DNA of 64,000 bases, taken from Nitrospinales bacterium. Lineage in GTDB: Bacteria > Nitrospinota > Nitrospinia > Nitrospinales > VA-1. The notes under the pieces are model-generated. The model saw only the letters and a list, made by a program, of their open reading frames with translations. It was not told where the DNA came from and made no database searches. Every line of letters starts with the position of its first letter. Position 1 is the first letter of the stretch. The stretch covers positions 2,304,001 to 2,368,000 of the forward strand of contig CBDCXL010000002.1 of NCBI GenBank assembly GCA_965223795.1, read 5' to 3'. The position numbers were made by a program, and so were the translations under genes. Below, piece after piece: positions 40,339 to 49,578 of this stretch.

Positions 40339-40737
40339 ACGATTTGTCCGGGAAAAATGCTGCGGTGAAACTCGGAGGTACGGTGACAGACGGGGTGGGG
40401 AAGAAACAACGAGCGGTATTTTAGGGAATTTCGCGGGGGACGGGAGGCTGAGAAAAAGCGGTGTGAAAAGGGACCCAGAAACGCCCGGCCTCTCCTAAGA
40501 TCGCGCTTTGTGCGGGGAGAATGAGGGCGCTGGCTTGGGAAAAGGTTCGGGCCGCCCGGAACGGGCGCGGTTTCTGGGTCCCAACAAGGCTTCGCAGCGT
40601 GCGCGGGCCGTGCGTTGCGACCGGCCCGGATTGCTGTCGTGCTGCGATATGTCTGAGGAGCGGGGGATTTGTGTGGCCATCATTTGAGATCGCCTCCAGG
40701 CCGGGACGCGGAATCGCGATCCCGGCCTGAGAATGGA

Positions 40738-41595
40738 TCAGCCTAAGAGCTGAAGGACGGATTGCGGCAGCAGGTTCGCCTGTCCCACCGCGGAGGTTGC
40801 GGTCTGCACCAGGATCTGGTTCCGTGTCAGCGTGGCCACTTCTTCGGCAATGTCGGCGTCGCGGATGGCGGATTCTGCGGCCTGCAGGTTTTCCACGGAA
40901 ATCGACAGGTTGCCGATGGTGCGCACCAGCCGGTTCTGCACCGCACCGATGGCGCCGCGGGAGGCGGTGACCGAAGCGATGGCGGTGTTGATGGTGTCGA
41001 GTGCGGTCAGCGCGTTGCCGGCGGTGGTGACGCTGAGTGAGTCGATCGACAGCGTCGTGGAAGTGACGGCGGTCAGGTTCACCTCGGTGTTGAGGTTGAT
41101 GCGGCTGTCGGCGGAGCTGTCGATGCCGACCTGAATGAGGATCTGGTTCGCGGAGGTGACCGAGGACGCCAGCGAGCCGTCGACCAGTTTCTGGCCGTTG
41201 AACTCGGTGGTCGCCGCGATGCGGTCGATTTCGTTTCTGAGCGCCGAGAACTCAAGCTGAATGGTGGCGCGCTCGGTGGAGCCGACGGTTCCCGTGGCTG
41301 CCTGGGAAGCGAGTTCCCGCAGGCGGATGAGGATGCCGGACTGCTCGTTCAAGGCACCTTCCGCTACGTTGATGAGCGAGATGCCGTCGTTTGAGTTACG
41401 GACGGCCTGCCTCAGTGCCCGGATGTCGGAGCGGAGTGCTTCTGAAATGGCGAGCCCGGCGGCGTCGTCGGCGCCGCGGTTGATGCGGATACCGGATGCG
41501 ATCCGTTCCACCGATTGCGCTAGGCGGTCGTTGTTGATGCCCAGGATACGCTGGGCATTGAGTGAAGCGATGTTGTTGAAAATTCGTATTGGCAT
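40738..41595 (-). CDS. fliC: Flagellin (285 aa)
   Basis: Conserved flagellin termini. Confidence 0.95.
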   Translation of the reverse strand: MPIRIFNNIASLNAQRILGINNDRLAQSVERIASGIRINRGADDAAGLAISEALRSDIRALRQAVRNSNDGISLINVAEGALNEQSGILIRLRELASQAATGTVGSTERATIQLEFSALRNEIDRIAATTEFNGQKLVDGSLASSVTSANQILIQVGIDSSADSRINLNTEVNLTAVTSTTLSIDSLSVTTAGNALTALDTINTAIASVTASRGAIGAVQNRLVRTIGNLSISVENLQAAESAIRDADIAEEVATLTRNQILVQTATSAVGQANLLPQSVLQLLG

Positions 41596-41802
41596 CCCCT
41601 AATCCTCCACCAAGAGTTGGAAACGTGTTTACAATCTGTTTTATTAAAAGGTGTTGCGTGCCCCCGAGGTCTTTGTTTATCGTGGCCGGCCTCAGAATCC
41701 ACGCAAAATTCCTTAAGCTTTAATTTCAATCTGCCGTTCTGGTAAATAAGTTGGGTTATTGGGAAACCCTTGAATTTCAAAAACTTCCCAACTCAATTTT
41801 GC

Positions 41803-41829
41803 TTATCGGCAGCCGGAATTAGAACTTTA
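41803..41829 (-). promoter_or_regulatory. Sigma28 (FliA) promoter
   Basis: TAAAGTTC-N11-GCCGATAA, near-perfect consensus. Confidence 0.85.
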
Positions 41830-41854
41830 ATGTAAATCTAAGATTTTGTTGATA

Positions 41855-42592
41855 TTAGCGCCGCCAGTCTTTTTGCGCGACATGGGCGTTGCATTTCGCC
41901 AGCTCGGGATGGGCGTTGAGATAAGCGAGAACCTGCTCCAAATTGACGGTTTCGCCGGCGGGGTGGAAGAAACGCTCATGGATTGTTTGCATGAGGGTGA
42001 CGTCTTCCTGCGTGTCCACGGTCAGTCGAAACGGCTGGTCCTTCAGATAAAGCGGAGCCGGCAGGTGGGCGATGCGGAAGGCATCGGGATGGTCCCTGAA
42101 ATAGGTGGTGACGTGTTCCCGGTGCGCGGGAAGCGTCGTGCTTGCGGCGATCCGCTGCAACGCGGCAAGCCGGACGACCTCGGTGCCGGTGCCCAGAGGG
42201 ATCGCATCGGGAGTGACGGTGTGATCGGCGTTGCTTTTAATATGCAGGTTTAACAGGGATTGCAGGAGGTTTATGTCGAACAGGGGATTGTCGCCGCAGA
42301 CGCGGACCACATGCCCGGCGTTTACCGATTGTGCCGCCATCAGGAAACGCGCCAGCACATCCTCCTCCGGACCCTGGATGAAACCGATGTCATATTTTTT
42401 TGCGGTTTTGGCGAGCGGTTTGTCCTTCGCCCCCTCGGGCGCGGCGAGGACGATGGCGCCGATCCCGTTCACCCGCTTGAGGCGTTTGATGATATGCTCG
42501 ATCAGCGGCACGCCCGCCAGCGGCAGCATCACTTTTCCCGGATAGCGGGTGGAGCCCATTCTGGCCTGGATGACGGCGGCGGTTCGGGTCAT
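41855..42592 (-). CDS. SpsF-like cytidylyltransferase (nonulosonic acid activation)
   Basis: IQARMGSTRYPGKV, EEDVLARF, RVCGDNP, REHVT, RLTVDTQED. Confidence 0.88.
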   Translation of the reverse strand: MTRTAAVIQARMGSTRYPGKVMLPLAGVPLIEHIIKRLKRVNGIGAIVLAAPEGAKDKPLAKTAKKYDIGFIQGPEEDVLARFLMAAQSVNAGHVVRVCGDNPLFDINLLQSLLNLHIKSNADHTVTPDAIPLGTGTEVVRLAALQRIAASTTLPAHREHVTTYFRDHPDAFRIAHLPAPLYLKDQPFRLTVDTQEDVTLMQTIHERFFHPAGETVNLEQVLAYLNAHPELAKCNAHVAQKDWRR

Positions 42593-42655
42593 GGCGCGGG
42601 TTGAAAGGCGTTCAAGGACAACACACCCATTGTAGCGGTTCGATCACAAATTGTA

Positions 42656-43576
42656 ATGGCGAAACTCATACAGCCCGCGCGGCTTAAAAAAGGCGACATG
42701 GTAGGCGTGGTGGCTCCGGCGGGCCCGGTGGAACCGGACCTGCTGGAAAAGGGCATGCAGGCGCTCAAACGCATGGGCTTCACGCCCCGGCCCGGCGTGC
42801 ATCTGCTGGATCGAAGGCGCTACCTCGCGGGCGACGATGCGGCGCGCGCCGCAGACCTGATGGCGATGTTCGAAGACCCGGCCGTCAAGGGGATCGTGTG
42901 CGCGCGCGGCGGCTACGGCGTCAACCGCATCCTGCCGCTGCTCGATAAAAAGGTCATCCGCAAAAACCCGAAAATCGTCGTCGGCGCCAGCGACGGCACG
43001 CTGCTGCTTTTGTATCTGGTGCAGAAATGCGGGCTGGTGGCGTTTCACGGCCCGATGGTGGCGGGCAATTTCGGCGCCCATCCCATGAGCAAAACCAAAG
43101 GCCAGTTTCAGGATCTGTTGAGCGGCAGGGCGGCGGCGAAAAAGCTGAAATTCCCCCGCGGCCGGGTGTTGTTTGAGGGCACCGCTTCGGGGCCGGTGAC
43201 AGGCGGCTGCCTGACGCTGTTGTGCCGGTCGCTTAGGACCCCGTATGAGATCGAGACGAAAAACCGCATTCTCTTGATCGAAGATGTGAACGAAGCGCCG
43301 TACCGGATCGACGGCATGCTGTGGCAGCTCAAGCAAGCGGGGAAACTGCGCGGCGTCCGCGGCGTCGTTCTGGGGGAAATGGTGGGCTGCGCCACGTCAC
43401 CCAAAACCAGACGCTGGCTGGAAGAGGGATTTAAAGAAGTGTTCGAGGGCGTTCCCGGTCCCGTGGTGTGGAACGCGCCCATCGGTCATGGCAAGGAGAT
43501 GTGGACCCTGCCTCTGGGTGTCGAGGCGGCGCTCACGGTGGACGGCATCCGGTTTTCGCACTGCGGCGTGGCCTGA
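42656..43576 (+). CDS. LD-carboxypeptidase (peptidase S66)
   Basis: VVAPAG, RGGYG, GASD, IEDVNE, GH. Confidence 0.92.
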   Translation: MAKLIQPARLKKGDMVGVVAPAGPVEPDLLEKGMQALKRMGFTPRPGVHLLDRRRYLAGDDAARAADLMAMFEDPAVKGIVCARGGYGVNRILPLLDKKVIRKNPKIVVGASDGTLLLLYLVQKCGLVAFHGPMVAGNFGAHPMSKTKGQFQDLLSGRAAAKKLKFPRGRVLFEGTASGPVTGGCLTLLCRSLRTPYEIETKNRILLIEDVNEAPYRIDGMLWQLKQAGKLRGVRGVVLGEMVGCATSPKTRRWLEEGFKEVFEGVPGPVVWNAPIGHGKEMWTLPLGVEAALTVDGIRFSHCGVA

Positions 43577-43647
43577 TCGTGCTTTAAGTAATACCTGAAG
43601 CGGCGGGGTGATACCGGTTTTGCTAAAAGAGGTTGCCGCTTTGCTTT

Positions 43648-44484
43648 TTAGATCCGCACGACGATGCCGCGGGACTTGAGATAGTTCTTGGTCTCGGCGA
43701 TGGTGAATTCCTTGAAGTGGAAGATCGAGGCGGCGAGCACCGCGTCGGCCTTGCCGGAGACGATGCCTTCATAAAGGTGCTCCAGCGTGCCCGCACCGCC
43801 GGAGGCGATGACCGGAATGGTGACCGCTTCGGACAGGGTGCGGTTCAGCTCCAGATCGTAGCCTTCCTTGGTGCCGTCCCGGTCCATGCTGGTCAGCAGG
43901 ATCTCGCCCGCGCCATAGATTTCCATCTGCTTTGCCCAGCGTTCGGCGTGGATGCCGGTGGGGTTGCGGCCGCCGTGCGTGAACACCTGCCAGGCGGGCA
44001 GGCGGTCCTCCGCGTGAAAGAACAGCTCCGGGTGGCGGTCGTGCCAGGGGAACGGCGTGTCCGGCAGCGCGGGCGCGCCGGAAACCTGTTTGGCGTCGAT
44101 GGCGACGACGATGCACTGGCTGCCGAATTTCCGCGCCGCCTCGCCGACGAAATCGGGATCGTGGACCGCGGCGGTGTTGATCGCCACTTTGTCGGCGCCC
44201 GCCTTGAGCAGGTTGCGGATGTCCTCCAGCGTGCGCACGCCGCCGCCCACGGTCAGCGGCATGAACACCTTTTCGGCGGTGCGCCGCACGACGTCGAGGA
44301 TGATGTCGCGTTTTTCGTGCGAGGCGGTGATGTCGAGAAAGGTCAGCTCGTCGGCGCCTTCGGTCTCGTAGGCGTGGGCGATCTCCACGGGGTCGCCGGC
44401 GTCGCGCAGGTTCACGAAGTTGACGCCCTTGACCACCCGGCCGTCCTTGACGTCGAGGCAGGGGATGATGCGTTTAGCCAGCAT
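43648..44484 (-). CDS. hisF: Imidazole glycerol phosphate synthase cyclase subunit
   Basis: [36 protein letters not shown]. Confidence 0.96.
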   Translation of the reverse strand: MLAKRIIPCLDVKDGRVVKGVNFVNLRDAGDPVEIAHAYETEGADELTFLDITASHEKRDIILDVVRRTAEKVFMPLTVGGGVRTLEDIRNLLKAGADKVAINTAAVHDPDFVGEAARKFGSQCIVVAIDAKQVSGAPALPDTPFPWHDRHPELFFHAEDRLPAWQVFTHGGRNPTGIHAERWAKQMEIYGAGEILLTSMDRDGTKEGYDLELNRTLSEAVTIPVIASGGAGTLEHLYEGIVSGKADAVLAASIFHFKEFTIAETKNYLKSRGIVVRI

Positions 44485-45208
44485 CGCTTTCAACCAGTCT
44501 GCGCGCGTCGCGGTAGGAAATGCTTTTGTCGTAAAGGGCTTTGCCGGTGATGACGCCAACGACGCCCACCGGTTCCAGCGCGATCAGATCCTCGATGTCC
44601 TTCAGCGTGCCGACGCCGCCCGAGGCGATCACGGGCACGGAAGTGGATTCGGCGAAGGCGCGCACGCTGTTCAGATTGGGGCCTTCGAGCATGCCGTCGC
44701 GGCCGATGTCGGTGAAGATGAATTCGGCGACGCCCAGCGGCTGCATGCGCGCGGCGAGGTCGCTGGCTTTTTCGCCGGAAACCTCGACCCAGCCTTTGAC
44801 GGCGACAAACCCGTCTTTGGCGTCGATGCCGACGGTGATCTTCCCCGGAAACCGCTTGCAGGCGTCCTCCACGAATTTCGGGTCCTTTTGCGCCACGGTG
44901 CCCAGGATGACGCGGTACGCGCCGGCGTTGACGTAGGTTTCGATGGCTTTCATCGTGCGGATGCCGCCGCCGACCTGGATGTCCACGGAGCTGTTGTAGA
45001 TGATGTTTTTGACCAGTTCGGCGTTTTTGGGGATGCCGTCGAACGCGCCGTCCAGATCCACCACGTGGATGAGGCGCGCGCCTTCTTCGTCCCAGTGGGA
45101 GGCCATGGCCAGCGGGTCCTCGGAATACACGGTTTCCTGGTCCGCTCTTCCCTGGGTCAGGCGGACGCAGCGGCCGTTTTTGATGTCGACTGCGGGGATG
45201 ATTTTCAT
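44474..45208 (-). CDS. hisA: ProFAR isomerase
   Basis: [29 protein letters not shown]. Confidence 0.96.
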   Translation of the reverse strand: MKIIPAVDIKNGRCVRLTQGRADQETVYSEDPLAMASHWDEEGARLIHVVDLDGAFDGIPKNAELVKNIIYNSSVDIQVGGGIRTMKAIETYVNAGAYRVILGTVAQKDPKFVEDACKRFPGKITVGIDAKDGFVAVKGWVEVSGEKASDLAARMQPLGVAEFIFTDIGRDGMLEGPNLNSVRAFAESTSVPVIASGGVGTLKDIEDLIALEPVGVVGVITGKALYDKSISYRDARRLVESDAG

Positions 45209-45343
45209 GCTCGTGTCCTGATTGCGGCGGCCGGAAATCCTGCCGCCGGGTCCATTCTAGCAGATCGGCGGACGATTCTAACAGATCGGGCGGCGATTGA
45301 CGAATCAGGATGTTCGGGGAAACGACCGTTGCGGCCGCGTCGC

Positions 45344-45370
45344 CATGCTTCGACAGGCTCAGCATGACAG
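45344..45370. repeat. REP-like palindromic element (single arm)
   Basis: CATGCT-TCGACAGGCTC-AGCATG-ACAG, resembling the CTTCGACAGGCTCAG class of intergenic repeats. Confidence 0.45.
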
Positions 45371-45548
45371 GCTGGAAACGGATGCAAGCATTCCGTGCAT
45401 TTGCCGGTCCGTTTCGGCGGGGAGATAAGGGTTTACTCGCTTTCGGGGAGTGACTATAATCCGTGCGGGTTTGAACCCGGAAGCGTCCTTTCATGTTTCT
45501 AAAACGCTGTCGCAAACGGACAGCCGTTGACCGACCCCCCGGATCACT

Positions 45549-46718
45549 ATGGAGCGAATCCTGCCGGCCCTGGACCGGACAATCGCCATCTGCCTGATGG
45601 TGTTTGCGGTTGCCTCGCAGTTTTCCATCAGCGTCACGCAGATCGCGTTCGCCGTGGGCACGCTGGCCTGGCTGATCAAAACCGGCCTGACCAAGGAGTG
45701 GCAGGCGGTGCGCTGGCCGCTGTGGATGCCGTTCGCCGCCTACTGCCTGGCGGCGGTGCTTGCGGTGGCGCTGGCGTACGATCCCGCCTACAGCGTGAAA
45801 TCGCTCAAGAAACTGCCGCAGATCCTGATCTTTTTCTGGGTGCTCAACAGCATCCGCGACGCGCGGCAGCGGGATTTTCTGGTTCTGCTTTTGATCGGCT
45901 CGGCTTCGGCGGCGGCGCTGTACGGGTTTTACCAGTCTCTGATGACGGAGGTGACGCTGGCAACGCGCGTCGCCGGCACGATGAGCATCTACATGACCTT
46001 CGCCGGGCTTTTGATGCTCACCGGATTGCTGGCGGCCGGGCGGCTGCTGTTCAAGGAACCGAGAGAACCCTGGCTGGCTCTGGCGGTGGCGGTGATCCTC
46101 GTCTGCCTGCTTTTGACGCTGACGCGTCAGGCCTGGCTGGGATTCTGCGCCGGGGCGGTGTTTCTGGTGTATTTCTGGCGAAGGATCTGGCTCTGGGCCA
46201 TTCCGGTGACGCTGGCGCTGGCGTTTGTGCTGTCGCCGCCGGCGGTGAAGCAGCGCATTCTGTCGATGACGGACCTTTCGGACTGGACGGTGCAGTCGCG
46301 CCTGGCCCTGTGGCGGGGCGGCGTCGCGGTGGTGAAGGATTATCCGGTCACCGGCTGCGGCTTCCGCTGCATGGATCTGGTGCATCCCAACTACCCCGAC
46401 CCGACGGGCTACATCGCCACGTACCGGGGCATGCACAACAACGCGGTGCAGGTGGCGGTGGACACCGGACTGCTGGGGCTGACCGCCTGGCTCAGCATCT
46501 GGGCGGCGTATTACTGGAATCTTTTCCGGCGGCAAAGGGACGGTGTATTTGACGCCGCTTCACGCTGGGTGGTGATGGGCAGCGCGGCGGCGGTGACGGG
46601 ATTTCTGGCGGGCGGGATGTTCGAGGTGAATTTTTACGATTCGGAGGTGGTCATGGTGCTGTATTTCATCCTGGCGCTGCCGTTTGCGGCCGGGAATGGC
46701 AAACAGGCGCTAGCGTGA
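45549..46718 (+). CDS. O-antigen ligase family membrane protein
   Basis: Multiple TMs; TLTRQAWLG, R..LW, P.TG.G, MHNNAVQ..VDTG. Confidence 0.88.
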   Translation: MERILPALDRTIAICLMVFAVASQFSISVTQIAFAVGTLAWLIKTGLTKEWQAVRWPLWMPFAAYCLAAVLAVALAYDPAYSVKSLKKLPQILIFFWVLNSIRDARQRDFLVLLLIGSASAAALYGFYQSLMTEVTLATRVAGTMSIYMTFAGLLMLTGLLAAGRLLFKEPREPWLALAVAVILVCLLLTLTRQAWLGFCAGAVFLVYFWRRIWLWAIPVTLALAFVLSPPAVKQRILSMTDLSDWTVQSRLALWRGGVAVVKDYPVTGCGFRCMDLVHPNYPDPTGYIATYRGMHNNAVQVAVDTGLLGLTAWLSIWAAYYWNLFRRQRDGVFDAASRWVVMGSAAAVTGFLAGGMFEVNFYDSEVVMVLYFILALPFAAGNGKQALA

Positions 46719-46727
46719 CGGACGCGG

Positions 46728-46919
46728 TCACGAGGATTTGCGGCGGGGACGGGTGGAACCGAACCGCTCGAAAAACTTCGGGTGCTTTTTGAGCTTTTCT
46801 TTTGCCTCGGCCACTTCCTTGCGGATGGTTTCGGCGTCGCTGCCGGGAAAACGGGTTTCTCCAAAACTCGCGAAGATGGGAAACTCGGTTTTGCTGAATT
46901 TCGCTTGTACGAGGGACAT
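46728..46919 (-). CDS. Small basic hypothetical protein (63 aa)
   Basis: AAAAGGAG RBS before ATG at 46919. Confidence 0.45.
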   Translation of the reverse strand: MSLVQAKFSKTEFPIFASFGETRFPGSDAETIRKEVAEAKEKLKKHPKFFERFGSTRPRRKSS

Positions 46920-47236
46920 GTTGCGTATCTCCTTTTTCCTGCCTTTTCGGGGGTTTGCCGTTTCCGGGTTCGGCTGCGGTTTCAAATTCGGCTCCGAAAT
47001 TGCGTGATATAGAAACTTTCCTTTGTTTTCTATTACTTATCGAGATTTTTTCAAAATCGCTTGAGCTTTTTTTTCATTCTTCCGGGCCGAAAAGGGGTTC
47101 ACCGTTGAAATTCTGCCATTTATCGCTAAAATCGGGCGTCGGGCGGAAAATCGCCCGATTTTAGTCAAAACCGCTGTTTTTTAGGCATTAATCTCTTGTT
47201 GTCCCTTTTAAAGACTGTGATTGCGACGAAGCGACC

Positions 47237-47764
47237 ATGAACGTGACCGCGACAGAAATCGAGGGGGTGTTCCTCATCGAGCCCAAGGTGCACAGCGACG
47301 CCCGGGGCCTGTTTTTTGAAAGCTATGTGAGGAAAAACTACGCCGATCACGGAATCGACGCCGAATTCGTGCAGGACAACCATTCGGTTTCCCGCAAGGG
47401 GGCGCTGCGCGGACTGCATTTTCAGGAGAACCCCGGCCAGGCGAAGCTCGTGCGGGTGGGCCGGGGAGAGGTGTTCGATGTGGCGGTGGATGTGCGCAAA
47501 GGCTCGCCCACCTTCGGCCGCTGGGTGGGAGCGCGGCTTTCGGAGAGCAACCACCTGCAGATGTACATCCCGGCGGGATTCGCGCACGGGTTCTGTGTGC
47601 TGAGCGAATCGGCGCTGTTTCTGTACAAATGTTCGGATTACTATTCCCCGCAACGGGAGCGCGGCGTGCTGTGGAACGACCCCGACATCGGCATCGAATG
47701 GCCGATCGCAGACCCGATCCTGTCGGAAAAAGACAAAACCCTGCCTCGCCTCAAGGACCTGTGA
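47237..47764 (+). CDS. rfbC: dTDP-4-dehydrorhamnose 3,5-epimerase
   Basis: DARGLFFE, FVQDNHS, LRGLHFQ, GFAHGF, LSEKD. Confidence 0.96.
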   Translation: MNVTATEIEGVFLIEPKVHSDARGLFFESYVRKNYADHGIDAEFVQDNHSVSRKGALRGLHFQENPGQAKLVRVGRGEVFDVAVDVRKGSPTFGRWVGARLSESNHLQMYIPAGFAHGFCVLSESALFLYKCSDYYSPQRERGVLWNDPDIGIEWPIADPILSEKDKTLPRLKDL

Positions 47765-47869
47765 TTTTCCCGCGAAATTTTTTCCCGCCGTTTCTCCGCT
47801 TGCCCTTTCAACACGCTAAATCCTGAATTAAAAAGGGCTTGAACTTGAGCCCCGCGCCTGAATTCCGCT

Positions 47870-47896
47870 TAATGTTTATGCAGGTAATGCCGATAA
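47870..47896 (+). promoter_or_regulatory. Sigma28 (FliA) promoter
   Basis: TAATGTTT-N11-GCCGATAA. Confidence 0.75.
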
Positions 47897-47921
47897 AGTC
47901 CATAGCAGGGATCTTAAGGGA

Positions 47922-48722
47922 GTGACTGATAAGGCGCAGCGGATCATGGCGATTTCAGAATTGAACCCAGTCCAATCCATTCTTTCCAGGCGCAGTTTCG
48001 CCTCTGCGATCGACGTTGCCTTCACGACCGGCCTGACGCTCAAAACCGACGAAGGGGATCAGGTCCGGCTTTCCTTTGAAAACCAGAGTTCCCTGGCCGA
48101 ATCGGAATCCGAAACCCAATACGCCGACGGCAGCGCCGTGAAGGAGTTTTCCTCGGTGGCGGTGGCGGCGTACCGCTATTCGCTGTCGGTGGAGGGGGAT
48201 CTGAATCAGGAAGAGCTGGATGCGATCCAGTCGCTGGTCCAGGAAATCGCGCCCATCGCGCGGCAGTTCTTCGCACGCGCGGAATTCGACATTGAAAAGG
48301 CGACCGAGGCGCTGAGCGGATCTCTGGGCGTCATCGAAGAGGTGGAACTCGCTTTAGAGCGGGTGATCACCGCGACCTTTTCCTCCCGCAGCGTCACAAA
48401 CGGCGCGGCCGAGCCGGTTCCCGGAGCGGAAATACCGGCTGTGTCGTCCGAAAGCGAAGCGCCGGTGGATGCGGCGCAGATCCGCGATCTGCCTTCGCTG
48501 ATTCTGGCCGCCACGGCATCCGAATTCGAGGCGCAGGCCGCCAAGCTGCCGCCGAAAGCGCCGATACTGCGTTCGCTGAACGACCTGATGAGTTTCCTGA
48601 GAGACCAGCTGGCGCAGTTTCTCGCTCCGCTGAAGCACTTCTCGCAGCCCGCGCCGGACAGCGTGCCGCAGAGCGAAGTTCCCGCCGCCTCCGGACAGGA
48701 AAATCCCGAACCGCAGTCCTGA
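47922..48722 (+). CDS. Hypothetical protein under a sigma28 promoter
   Basis: Long ORF with typical codon usage and LKTDEGD / SVEGDLNQEEL motifs. Start may be ATG at 47946. Confidence 0.75.
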   Translation: MTDKAQRIMAISELNPVQSILSRRSFASAIDVAFTTGLTLKTDEGDQVRLSFENQSSLAESESETQYADGSAVKEFSSVAVAAYRYSLSVEGDLNQEELDAIQSLVQEIAPIARQFFARAEFDIEKATEALSGSLGVIEEVELALERVITATFSSRSVTNGAAEPVPGAEIPAVSSESEAPVDAAQIRDLPSLILAATASEFEAQAAKLPPKAPILRSLNDLMSFLRDQLAQFLAPLKHFSQPAPDSVPQSEVPAASGQENPEPQS

Positions 48723-48800
48723 TCACTCACTTTTCCAACTGAACATTCAATAGAAGAAAAAGCCGGTCGTGCCCGGCGCTCGTTGCTTTTTGGGTGTGGG

Positions 48801-49559
48801 TCAGGGCATCAGTGCGCCGCCGTTGGGGTCGAAGGTCTGACCGGTGAAGGCGGTGGTCTCTTCGGCCATGAGAAAGCCGGTGAGCCGGGCGACGTCGGTG
48901 GGCTCGGACATTTTGCCCAGCGGCACTTCGCTCATGGCCCGCTGGTAGGCTTCTTCCTTGCTGATGTCGAACACCCGCGCCATGCCTTCCAGCCCCTGGT
49001 GCGCCATCGCCGTGTCCACCCAGCCGGGACAGATGGCGTTGACGAGGATGTTCTGCGCGGCGAGCTCGGCGGCGAAGGCGCGCATGAGTCCCAGCATTCC
49101 GGCTTTCGAGGCGCAATAGCCCGTGTAGGCGGGGACGCCGAGCCGCGCCAGGATGGAGGACATCAAAACGATTTTCCGGTACGGGGCGGGGTCTTTTTTC
49201 AGATAGGGCAGGCATTCCTGCACGGTGTGGTAGCTGCCGCTGAGGTTGATGTCGATGATCTCGTTCCAGCGGTCATCGGCGCCATAGTGGTTTTCCCCGC
49301 CCACTCCGGCGTTGGCCACGACGCCATACAGGGATTCGATGCCGCTCGCGGTGAGCGCTTTGCGGATGGCTTGCGGATCGCGCACGTCGGCGGAGTGGCT
49401 CTGGTGGTGTTCCGGCTGTTTGAGCGATTTGCGCGTGGTCTCCAGGCGCGACGCATCGCGTCCCAATAGCAGGATGGAGAATCCCATCCCTGCAAGGTGG
49501 TGGGCGATGGCTTCGCCGATGCCGCTGCCGGCGCCGGTGACAACGATGGTTTTTGACAT
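48801..49559 (-). CDS. Short-chain dehydrogenase/reductase
   Basis: TGAGSGIG, NAG, YCASK, NAICPGWVDT. Confidence 0.93.
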   Translation of the reverse strand: MSKTIVVTGAGSGIGEAIAHHLAGMGFSILLLGRDASRLETTRKSLKQPEHHQSHSADVRDPQAIRKALTASGIESLYGVVANAGVGGENHYGADDRWNEIIDINLSGSYHTVQECLPYLKKDPAPYRKIVLMSSILARLGVPAYTGYCASKAGMLGLMRAFAAELAAQNILVNAICPGWVDTAMAHQGLEGMARVFDISKEEAYQRAMSEVPLGKMSEPTDVARLTGFLMAEETTAFTGQTFDPNGGALMP

Positions 49560-49578
49560 GATCGGGTTGCGCTCGAGT

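Noticed and set aside
44490..46535. 681-aa minus-strand ORF and similar long overlapping ORFs (6407-7846, 12675-13964, 21986-23401, 37106-38515)
   Set aside because: Shadow frames of well-supported genes in GC-rich DNA, with no motifs.
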